From a virus (taxonomy: Duplodnaviria > Heunggongvirae > Uroviricota > Caudoviricetes): a stretch of DNA of 12,835 nt. Below are positions 1 through 7,268 of the stretch, one piece after another. The notes beneath the pieces are model-generated. The model made no database searches. It had not been told where the DNA came from and worked only from the letters and a program-made list of their open reading frames with translations. Within the stretch, counting starts at the first letter, position 1. Each line of letters opens with the position of its first letter. Location: the IMG/VR virus record IMGVR_UViG_2737471853_000001, positions 1 to 12,835 of that record. The stretch is one strand, 5' to 3'. The position numbers and the translations under genes were made by a program.

Positions 1-290
1 ATATATGCGGTTAACGTGAAGCTCTGGTTATAGGGATTAACCCCCGCGACATATACATTTCCTCCGTTCCGGTAAGATATTACTGGCGTGGGCTGGGCGG
101 TATTTGTGGTCCTGATAAATACCATCACAGGGTAGTCAGCATTTAATGCAATATTCTGAGCAACCTGCTGCGAACTGCCATTAGCAGAGGAGTTGAAAGT
201 GTACTTGCCGTAAAGACAAAAAGGCGTTGACTGGGGCGTTACAAATGGGTTCCCGTTGTCCATTAATATCATCGCGCCAAATTCGGCCAT
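1..290 (-). CDS. Hypothetical protein, 5' part only (N-terminal 96 aa; runs off the window start). Second small ORF downstream of J.
   Basis: ATG at 288-290 overlaps the TAA stop of the preceding ORF (TAATG on minus strand). My hand translation of the minus strand gives MAEFGAMILMDNGNPFVTPQSTPFCLYGKYTF... with no in-frame stop down to position 1. Not in the ORF track because it is truncated. No family recognised. Confidence 0.45.
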   Translation of the reverse strand, partial: MAEFGAMILMDNGNPFVTPQSTPFCLYGKYTFNSSANGSSQQVAQNIALNADYPVMVFIRTTNTAQPTPVISYRNGGNVYVAGVNPYNQSFTLTAY

Positions 291-592
291 TATGCTTTCT
301 CCATGAAAACGACCACTTCACACTTTGAGGCCGGATAATTACCCAGACCTACAGAAGATGCAGCGCTTACGGTTATTGTGCTCCCTGACGCGACAATGCG
401 CCGCCCTACGCTGTTACCTCCTTCATCAAGTGAAAGAACAAAACCAACTTTCATTCCTGAGGGCACCGTAAAAGACCAGCTGCCGGAGGTTTGCCCGGCA
501 GCCAGCTGTATTCGCCCAACGACGGAAACGGGTTTGATGCCATAGTTGTTGGGTTTTCCTGAAGCATCCCAGGTCTGTATTCCATAAGCCAT
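290..592 (-). CDS. Hypothetical 100-aa protein immediately downstream of J (possible tail-tip accessory protein)
   Basis: ORF track 290..592. Its ATG lies 1 nt after the J stop (TGA-A-ATG). No signal peptide or transmembrane segment evident; G/S/V-rich, looks beta-rich. Function unknown. Confidence 0.55.
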   Translation of the reverse strand: MAYGIQTWDASGKPNNYGIKPVSVVGRIQLAAGQTSGSWSFTVPSGMKVGFVLSLDEGGNSVGRRIVASGSTITVSAASSVGLGNYPASKCEVVVFMEKA

Positions 593-593
593 T

Positions 594-3500
594 TCAGAAT
601 ACTCCCGTTAATCGGCCAACCTGCACCCTAAGAACATTACTGCCATCTTTGACGCTGATCGTCTGATTTGTCAGTTTCATGGCTCCCTCACCAGCAGTCG
701 AACCGTAGTTCTCAAACGTCCCCCCTTTATCAAGCTTCCAGCCAGCAGAACCAGCAACATAATTGTTCGACTGGATAAAATTACCAATCTTTGCGTTGCT
801 GATAGTGCCGTCCTGAATGAGGGTGTCACGGATGAACACCTGCCCGTTCTGGATAACAAACGGCAGAGTCACGGTCCCTCCAGCCTGGGTCATAACCGCG
901 AAGCGGTCTGCCAGGAAGAGCACCTGCGACTGCATTCCCGCTGGCGTATTCTGAACACCAATCCCCATTCCTGCCGCGTACTGGTTGCCATTGGAATCAA
1001 CAGCTACCTTGATGCTGTACATCGCATTCAGGTTATTATTGATGTCGGCTGATACCTGGCTGTTCTGGATAATAGCCGCAGACTGACCATTTACTGTGAC
1101 CTTGAGCGAGTTAATTTGCGTAGCTGATACTTGAGTGAAATCAGCAAGCGTCTTAGACAGATCGGTAACATTCGCCGTGTTTCCACCGGCGCTGGAATCC
1201 AGGGTGCGCAGAGACTCAGCGACAGCTTTACTGGCGTCGGCCATCACATTGTCTACTCGATCGATACTGGCTTTGTTATCTCCATACTGGACGCTCAGGA
1301 GGTTGCGCTGGTTAACCTGCGCGAGCGTACTGGTGATCAGCGCGATAGCATTGTTCTGAATACCGCCGCTGGCCTTATCAGTTTGTGCACCCAGCTCTTC
1401 CAGGCGTGATGCCATTGAGGAATCGAGGTCCGTGACAACCTGGCTAAGGTCAGTGATTGATGCTGTATTCTGAGCACCTACAGCAGCTGCTGAATCAGCT
1501 TTGTCAGATGCGGCCTGAGTGGCAGCCGTCAACTGGCTTACAGCAGAAGCGCGCGCTTCAGTTTCCGTTGCTAAAGCCTGGCGAACATCAGTAATTCCGG
1601 CTTCATTCTGCGCAGTTTTTGCCTCAAGGCGAGTAACATCCGTGACGCGCGCTTCCGTCTCAGTGGCGATCACCTCCCGGAGCTGTTCGAATGTCGCAGA
1701 GTTAGCGCCCTGTTGGGCTGTCTGGCGCACGATAACATCGGCAATAGCCAGGGCGTTCCCAATGATTGCTTCTGCTGTCTGCTTATTCGAACCTACTGCT
1801 GCAGCCAGACCATCGGCGTTCTCCTTAATCGCATCAGAAAGTTCGGCCAGTTTCTCGCTACTTTCTACGGCACTCTCAATCAGATCCTTGAATACCTCAG
1901 AATCTTTAATCTCCTCCAGGATCACACTGGAGACATCAGAAACATCTATACTTGCCTGCCCACGAACCCAGCCGGTATAACCTGATTCGTTGCCGCTGCG
2001 GTCCACCAGCTGCGCGCGGTACCAGAAAATCTGCCCAGCCTTAAGGCCCATCTGCTGATATTTGCGCTGCGGGTAAGGCACATCGGCCAGCAGCATCGCA
2101 TCGTCTTCGGTACCGGTCAGACTGTACTGAATTTCCGTCTTCAGCGTGTCGTCGGTATTCGCCGGGAATCCCCAATTCAGCTCGATACCGAATACCACGT
2201 TTTCAGAAGCGATAAAGCCAACCGGCTTCGGTGGATTGCCCACTTTACCCGTCAGCGTTTTCTCTTCTGAGTAGCCCCATCCAGATGAAATTTCTGCGGC
2301 ATTGATTGCGCGCACGCGCACCAGGTAGCGCCCGGCATAAATCCCCGGGACATCGAATGACGTGGTGGAGCTGCGCGGCACGTTAACCCAGTTCCCGTCG
2401 TTGCGGCGCCATTGTGCTTCATAGGCGATAGCGTTCTGCGCCTGGTCCCAGCTCACGCGCATTGTTTCGACGCTGATATTTTGCTGAACCACGGAAAACG
2501 AGCTGATCACGATATTCGCAGGCGGCGACTGGTTACCAGGCGGGATCACGCTCACCGGCCGTTGGTCAATGATGGCTCCGGTATCGATACGGGCATATTT
2601 ATCCGGGTCGTGCCATGCGCCGGTGATTGAGAAAGTGCCATCCCCGTTATCGGAAACGCTGACAACTCGATACTGCTGCGCGTAGAGCTCGTCAGATTCA
2701 ACCACCCAAACAGCTTCGGCCTGTGGCGTCTCACTGTATGCCGTGGTGACTGTGACTGATTCCCCGTTCACGGCATGAATGGTCCTGCTCTGCGACGCTC
2801 CGGAGGGAAGGTTGAGAATAAGGCGATCACCTGGTGCTGCATCAGCTACGCGGTCAAGTTTGATAACGCGACCGTTAACGGCGCTGATGCGGCCGCCCAT
2901 AACCTTTCCGGAAAGCAGCTCGTCTGCCACGGCGATGATGTAGCCAGGCTGCGGAATGTTTCCGTCCAGCCCGACATCAAACGAAACAACGCGATCCTTG
3001 TTATTAGTGAGAATACCCCAGCGCCCCTTTCGGTTCGCCTCTGACTGCCTGGTGCAGCCGATGGCTGTCATTTCCAGCTGATTGAAGCCGTATCGCGCCA
3101 CCAGCGCCTGCTCAAATACCGGTTCCATCGCGTCGGCATAAGCGTTACCCGGGTCTGACCATGAAACCAGCGCTGTGGTGTAGCGGCTTTTCGTGGTGCT
3201 GCTCGAATAGGTGAAGCGACCGCCAACAACGTTAGCGCGCGTATAGCTGTAATCAACATCGCGCGGCATGTCAGCCAGGGCCACAATCTGATCCCCGCCC
3301 CAGTAGGTCATGCCACGGAAGATAGCGGCAAAATCACGCAGGACTGTGTAGGCGTCGTTCCGGTCCTGAATGTACACGTTGCAGGTATAACGTGGTTCTG
3401 TACCGTTGCCCCCTTTGCCGTCTGGTACCATCTGATCACAATACTGAGCAACCTGATAAAGCGTCCATTTATCAATATTCTCAGCGGTCAAACGGTGCCC

Positions 3501-4391
3501 AAGGCCGAACCGGTCAGAAACAACCAGGTCGTAAAAAATCCACGCAGGGTTATCCGTCCATGCCCACTTAAACGCACCGGTCCATGTACCGCTATAAGTG
3601 CGGGTTTCAGGGTCGTAGGTATCTGGAACGCGGATAACGCGGCCGCGCGGTTCGCATGAAATTTGAGGAATAGAGCCGTTGAACTGGCTTGAGTCGAATT
3701 CGACGTAGAGCAGCGCGGTGTTCGGGTAGCGCAGTTTGGCGTCAATCACCTCGGTGAAGCTCTGCAGCATCATCGTGTCGCCGATCTTCGCGCTGTTGGC
3801 GTCAGAGGTAATCTTACGCAGACGTATTGTCCAGGTGCTGCCAGCCTGCGGTAAATCGATACGGTGGCTGCGCTCATAACCTGAGGTCGTTTTACCGGTC
3901 ACGCTGGTATTGAGTACCGTCTGCCATGTGCCGCCGTCCGTCTGTAGGTCAATCGCATAATTGACCGAGTAACCCACCAGATCGCCGTCGTCTTCCTGTT
4001 TGAAAAGCGAGGGCCATTTAAGACGCAGGCGAACTGCTGAAAGCTGCGTATTGGTAAACGTGCGCGTCCAGGCTGTGGCACTTGATACCTCAGTTCCTAC
4101 GCTGATCTCGTTTTCGGTACCGGGAATACCCTGAATATATTTTTGCGCCTGAGTTCCCGCGCGAAACTCCCACGTTACCCCGCTGAAGTTTTGGGAGCCG
4201 TCAGCATTCTCCAGCGCTGTTCCGTCCAGGTAGATATCTTTGCCGGTGAGCTGCCCTGCAAACTCACCTTCCCCAAGCGCAACGAGGATTTTTGCCTTCG
4301 CTACAGATTGCAGATCATCAGGCTGTTCGGTAGGAGTTCGGGAACTTGAGCTGCCGCCCTTGCGGCCTTTTAACACTTTATCTGTAGCCAT
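594..4391 (-). CDS. J: Host specificity protein J (tail tip / central tail fibre), 1265 aa
   Basis: Sits after I as in lambda. N-terminal two-thirds resembles lambda gpJ as I recall it (e.g. the ...ISGVT..FRAG... and ...RITCN.Y... stretches, plus fibronectin-III-like region). The C-terminal ~400 aa is a coiled-coil with TETEAR repeats followed by a distal domain, and differs from lambda J. Confidence 0.93.
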   Translation of the reverse strand: MATDKVLKGRKGGSSSSRTPTEQPDDLQSVAKAKILVALGEGEFAGQLTGKDIYLDGTALENADGSQNFSGVTWEFRAGTQAQKYIQGIPGTENEISVGTEVSSATAWTRTFTNTQLSAVRLRLKWPSLFKQEDDGDLVGYSVNYAIDLQTDGGTWQTVLNTSVTGKTTSGYERSHRIDLPQAGSTWTIRLRKITSDANSAKIGDTMMLQSFTEVIDAKLRYPNTALLYVEFDSSQFNGSIPQISCEPRGRVIRVPDTYDPETRTYSGTWTGAFKWAWTDNPAWIFYDLVVSDRFGLGHRLTAENIDKWTLYQVAQYCDQMVPDGKGGNGTEPRYTCNVYIQDRNDAYTVLRDFAAIFRGMTYWGGDQIVALADMPRDVDYSYTRANVVGGRFTYSSSTTKSRYTTALVSWSDPGNAYADAMEPVFEQALVARYGFNQLEMTAIGCTRQSEANRKGRWGILTNNKDRVVSFDVGLDGNIPQPGYIIAVADELLSGKVMGGRISAVNGRVIKLDRVADAAPGDRLILNLPSGASQSRTIHAVNGESVTVTTAYSETPQAEAVWVVESDELYAQQYRVVSVSDNGDGTFSITGAWHDPDKYARIDTGAIIDQRPVSVIPPGNQSPPANIVISSFSVVQQNISVETMRVSWDQAQNAIAYEAQWRRNDGNWVNVPRSSTTSFDVPGIYAGRYLVRVRAINAAEISSGWGYSEEKTLTGKVGNPPKPVGFIASENVVFGIELNWGFPANTDDTLKTEIQYSLTGTEDDAMLLADVPYPQRKYQQMGLKAGQIFWYRAQLVDRSGNESGYTGWVRGQASIDVSDVSSVILEEIKDSEVFKDLIESAVESSEKLAELSDAIKENADGLAAAVGSNKQTAEAIIGNALAIADVIVRQTAQQGANSATFEQLREVIATETEARVTDVTRLEAKTAQNEAGITDVRQALATETEARASAVSQLTAATQAASDKADSAAAVGAQNTASITDLSQVVTDLDSSMASRLEELGAQTDKASGGIQNNAIALITSTLAQVNQRNLLSVQYGDNKASIDRVDNVMADASKAVAESLRTLDSSAGGNTANVTDLSKTLADFTQVSATQINSLKVTVNGQSAAIIQNSQVSADINNNLNAMYSIKVAVDSNGNQYAAGMGIGVQNTPAGMQSQVLFLADRFAVMTQAGGTVTLPFVIQNGQVFIRDTLIQDGTISNAKIGNFIQSNNYVAGSAGWKLDKGGTFENYGSTAGEGAMKLTNQTISVKDGSNVLRVQVGRLTGVF

Positions 4392-4402
4392 ATTGCGCCC
4401 AT

Positions 4403-4433
4403 AAAAAAGCCACCCGAAGGTGGCCAGAAAAAA
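4403..4433 (-). terminator. Intergenic GC stem-loop with flanking U-tracts between I and J (terminator-like or mRNA-stabilising hairpin)
   Basis: Minus strand reads TTTTTT-ctg-GCCACC-ttcg-GGTGGC-TTTTTT-atgggcgcaat-ATG(J). Stem 4409-4414 / 4419-4424 with UUCG-type loop; U-run follows at 4402-4408. Confidence 0.4.
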
Positions 4434-4443
4434 GGTTAGTTAT

Positions 4444-5049
4444 CTACTGCTGATCTTCGACATAAATTCCGGCAGAAATAATCGCTCCGCCGATTCGACG
4501 CTTACCATAAAGCAGAGGCACTGGGTAGCCTTGCGCTGCAGTGTTGGTTACCCCGCCAAACGCATACGATGCACGGTTATCTGCGCTTTGTTTACTGGCT
4601 ATGCCTGATGGCTGCGGTGAAAGCAGCTGAATAACCCCACCGAGGACCAACGAGGCACCAGTGGCAGCAGCAAACCACGTCAATCCACCAGCAGCGAAAG
4701 CAGCGCCAATACCGCCAGAAACAAAGACTGCAGCAGTTATCAAAACTGCTCCTAATATCGTCTGAAAAAGACCAGCGCGTTTACTACCGATAATTACAGG
4801 CATAATCCTTACTACATCGCCTTCAGAGGGAAAACCCATCTCATCTGCGGCAATATTTCTTTTCCCTTTGAACACCGCGAAAGTTAATCCGCGACGTTTA
4901 CTGCTGATCATGAAACTTTCGAAACCGGGCAATGTTTTACTTAAAGCAATAGCAGCTTCACCAGTTCGCGCTATCAGTCGTTGATGGGTTCTACCGAATG
5001 TCTTTCCTAACACTCCGCCGAGCTGAATTGTTGTCATTACTTCTTTCAT
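4444..5049 (-). CDS. I: Tail assembly protein I
   Basis: 201 aa, located between K and J as in lambda; hydrophobic Gly/Ala-rich C-terminal half typical of gpI. The true start could be the internal Met (MTTIQ...) 12 nt downstream. Confidence 0.85.
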   Translation of the reverse strand: MKEVMTTIQLGGVLGKTFGRTHQRLIARTGEAAIALSKTLPGFESFMISSKRRGLTFAVFKGKRNIAADEMGFPSEGDVVRIMPVIIGSKRAGLFQTILGAVLITAAVFVSGGIGAAFAAGGLTWFAAATGASLVLGGVIQLLSPQPSGIASKQSADNRASYAFGGVTNTAAQGYPVPLLYGKRRIGGAIISAGIYVEDQQ

Positions 5050-5060
5050 ATTCTCACCAT

Positions 5061-5080
5061 AAAAAACCCGCCGAAGCGGG
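5061..5080 (-). terminator. Rho-independent terminator candidate downstream of the lipoprotein gene
   Basis: Minus strand reads CCCGC-ttcg-GCGGG followed by TTTTTT (stem 5067-5071 / 5076-5080, U-run 5061-5066), 12 nt after the lipoprotein stop and 11 nt before the I start codon. Confidence 0.55.
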
Positions 5081-5091
5081 TTAAGTCTTGG

Positions 5092-5433
5092 TTAGATACA
5101 GCGTTCTATTACTTTAATCCGGCTGTTTATTCGATAAGCAAATAGCCCACCTTGATGACGGAATTCAATCTTGGTAATTCCGCCGTCCGATATTAAATCA
5201 ACCATCTCAAGTTGAGATTGTGTAAATACAGTTTTACCACCGTCATAAGGCTGAATAAAAACGCTTCCATATTTTTGGCTTTCTTCTTGCCAGCCAGAGA
5301 GTATGCATTCAGCTACTGCGTCAATTTGTTTCTTCGATTGAAAAGTATTTGACGCTGGTTCCTTCCGGAGATCCTGCATACTCGAACAACCAGCCATGAT
5401 TATCAAAGAAAGTGTCAATAATGTTTTTTTCAT
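5092..5433 (-). CDS. Predicted outer-membrane lipoprotein (113 aa precursor) inserted between K and I; candidate moron
   Basis: The ORF track entry 5092..5601 overlaps the 3' end of K; the plausible start is the internal ATG at 5431-5433 (MKKTLLTLSLIIMAGC-SS...). This gives a signal peptide with lipobox IMAG-C and Ser at +2. AAAGGGG lies 9 nt upstream as a ribosome-binding site. Region is AT-rich relative to neighbours. Followed by a terminator. Confidence 0.7.
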   Translation of the reverse strand: MKKTLLTLSLIIMAGCSSMQDLRKEPASNTFQSKKQIDAVAECILSGWQEESQKYGSVFIQPYDGGKTVFTQSQLEMVDLISDGGITKIEFRHQGGLFAYRINSRIKVIERCI

Positions 5434-5462
5434 ATCCCTATCCCCTTTGGTTTTGCAAAAGG

Positions 5463-6173
5463 TTAGCACAGAGATTTGTAACGTAGAATCTTCATCGTCC
5501 TTTCCTGCCAGTAGCCACCATACGGCACGCGCTGGCTCAGATGTCCGTACAGGTGGTGCAGCAGCATATTTCCCTCCAGCAGAATTCCCGCGTGATTCCA
5601 CTTATCGGCCTGGACCTGCATGATCACCATATCACCGGGTTTCGGTGGTCCGTCGAATTCACGGAATCCGCATTCATACCAGCAATCCTGATAAAAATTG
5701 TCCGGATAGGCGTTTTCCCACCAGGGATAATCCACCCGGTAATCGTGGAGCTCGATACCATGCGTTTGCCGGAAATAGCTCATTACCAGCCCCCAGCAGT
5801 CGAAGTGTCCAAGCACAAACGGACGCTCCAGCAGTGGCAGTTCTCCGCGCGGCTGGATGGTGCGTAAATCCCCCTCCGGCCAGCTCACAATATGCCAGGG
5901 TAAAAGCGTTGCGTCGCATTGCGCTTTATCCAGTTCGCTCGGCTGCGTAGTGGCGTCAGGGTGACTGTGAACGATGGCGATCACCGTACCCCAGTCCTCA
6001 GCAGCTGCATAGTCTTCTGGCGACAGGTGAAAATGTTCTGTCGGCTCGGTAGCGAGGTTACTACATGGAAAATATTTCTCTACCCGGCTCTTTTGCGCCA
6101 CCACGCCGCAACACTCACTAGGATATTCAGCTGCAGCATGCGCCATAATCGCATCGATGGTTTTCTGACGCAT
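5463..6173 (-). CDS. K: Tail assembly protein K (JAMM/MPN metalloprotease-like domain plus NlpC/P60 domain)
   Basis: 236 aa. JAMM motif H-S-H-x7-S-x2-D visible in ...AIVHSHPDATTQPSELD...; NlpC/P60-like Cys/His in ...FDCWGLV... and ...HAGILL.... Position between L and I matches lambda. Confidence 0.9.
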   Translation of the reverse strand: MRQKTIDAIMAHAAAEYPSECCGVVAQKSRVEKYFPCSNLATEPTEHFHLSPEDYAAAEDWGTVIAIVHSHPDATTQPSELDKAQCDATLLPWHIVSWPEGDLRTIQPRGELPLLERPFVLGHFDCWGLVMSYFRQTHGIELHDYRVDYPWWENAYPDNFYQDCWYECGFREFDGPPKPGDMVIMQVQADKWNHAGILLEGNMLLHHLYGHLSQRVPYGGYWQERTMKILRYKSLC

Positions 6174-6174
6174 A

Positions 6175-6930
6175 TCAACTCCTGATCAGCGACGTACCAG
6201 GGAAGCCACCAAACGAGAGTTCGTTATTTTCGCCGAATCGGAGTTTGCAGGCCGTCAGCGTGCCATTGCATTCATCCAGCGACGGATCGCTTACCGGGTT
6301 GTTGTTTTTATCGAAATAGCGGGTGCCGGCATAGTCGCAGCCGTCGCCGGTACGATATTTATTCCGGATGCACCATGTGCACAGAGAATGAAGCTGGCGG
6401 GTAGGTATCATCAGCCCCTGCAGATCCATAGGGCTGGATAGTGTGAACTCAACAACTTCATTGGTTTCACTGCTCTTTGCATCGATGTAGAAAACCTTCA
6501 GCTTCTCCTGGGTCGGATCGGCTGTCGGATTGCCTCCGGTGAAGTTTCTCGCATCGAGATACTTACCAAGGGTGTCATGTATCGTCACCTTCGCCTGCAG
6601 CATATCGTCGTAAGCCAGGCAAAGCGCGGTGATCGAACTGTCGAGGTTAGCAACCGAAAGTTTTGGCTGGGCACTACTTCCCGAGGTTGAAGCTTCGATC
6701 CCCTCAATCTGGCATGGCCACGCTTTATACTCCTCACCCTGCCACCAGATAGATTTTGCTGGCAGTTTATTTTCATCACCGCCAGCAGCGATAATTTCGG
6801 CTTCAGAGTGCGCAAGACTGTAGCTGTGAAATCGCAGCACATCACCTGTACCAAATGCCGTGCCATCCACTTCGAAAAGCCTGACCACATCGCCAGGTTC
6901 GAGCTTCTGAAAATCTGCGTTAAGACTCAT
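6175..6930 (-). CDS. L: Minor tail protein L
   Basis: 251 aa, between M and K. C-terminal Cys cluster (C-x2-C ... C ... C ... C) as in the iron-sulfur-binding region of lambda gpL. Start overlaps the M stop (ATGA). Confidence 0.88.
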   Translation of the reverse strand: MSLNADFQKLEPGDVVRLFEVDGTAFGTGDVLRFHSYSLAHSEAEIIAAGGDENKLPAKSIWWQGEEYKAWPCQIEGIEASTSGSSAQPKLSVANLDSSITALCLAYDDMLQAKVTIHDTLGKYLDARNFTGGNPTADPTQEKLKVFYIDAKSSETNEVVEFTLSSPMDLQGLMIPTRQLHSLCTWCIRNKYRTGDGCDYAGTRYFDKNNNPVSDPSLDECNGTLTACKLRFGENNELSFGGFPGTSLIRS

Positions 6931-7268
6931 GGTTTGTAGGCCTGTTCAAAAGTTGCAGAAAGATTAAATAACCCGGCACCAAGTGGCGTTGGTGTGTAGG
7001 TGTCGCAGCGGTAAAGCCCGAGAGGCTCAAGCGGCGGGCGCCACTGAAACGCCGTCACGCCCGCATGGCGATCGAGAAAGTCTTTAATCGCCCCGATATA
7101 CGTTTCGGTACCGGTAAACTGGAGAGTCCATTTCTGCGAGCGGGGATTAATCCCGTCGCAGGAAACCTGCTGATATCCGTCACCGAACTGCGCGGTGCGC
7201 CGTCGGAATGTCACTTCCTGCTCCGCGTTCGGGCGCGGACACCAGCTGAATGTTTCTATAGCCATCAC
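6927..7268 (-). CDS. M: Minor tail protein M
   Basis: 113 aa directly after the tape measure gene; contains the FGDGY.Q motif shared with lambda gpM. Start overlaps the H stop (ATGA). Confidence 0.88.
   Translation of the reverse strand: MMAIETFSWCPRPNAEQEVTFRRRTAQFGDGYQQVSCDGINPRSQKWTLQFTGTETYIGAIKDFLDRHAGVTAFQWRPPLEPLGLYRCDTYTPTPLGAGLFNLSATFEQAYKP

Noticed and set aside
1519-1980. 153-aa and 90-aa plus-strand ORFs (1519..1980 and 1713..1985), and likewise 1131..1409
   Set aside because: Antisense to the repeat-rich coiled-coil region of J. Ala/Ser-rich low-complexity products typical of the reverse strand of Ala/Thr-rich coding sequence.
5047-5060. Mini-ORFs starting at the ATG of the TTTTTTATGG junctions (e.g. 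ATG-GTG-AGA-ATA-TGA before I)
   Set aside because: Only 4-10 codons and out of frame with the downstream genes; more simply explained as part of the terminator / ribosome-binding region. Leader-peptide attenuation cannot be excluded but is not supported.
5434-5520. Possible sigma70 promoter for the lipoprotein gene inside the 3' end of K
   Set aside because: Only weak partial matches (TTACAA, TTGCAA, TGcTAACCT) with no convincing -35/-10 pair at 16-18 bp spacing. Not callable from sequence alone.
5434-5601. N-terminal 56-codon extension of the lipoprotein ORF as drawn in the ORF track (MESRGNSAGG...)
   Set aside because: It overlaps the 3' end of K in another frame and would bury the signal peptide internally. 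The ATG at 5431-5433 with an upstream AAAGGGG gives a canonical lipoprotein precursor.
5396-6185. Plus-strand ORFs overlapping K (5396..5623, 5541..5867, 5645..5950, 5919..6185) and a minus-strand alternate-frame ORF (5674..5919)
   Set aside because: Antisense or off-frame to K, whose frame carries clear JAMM and NlpC/P60 motifs.
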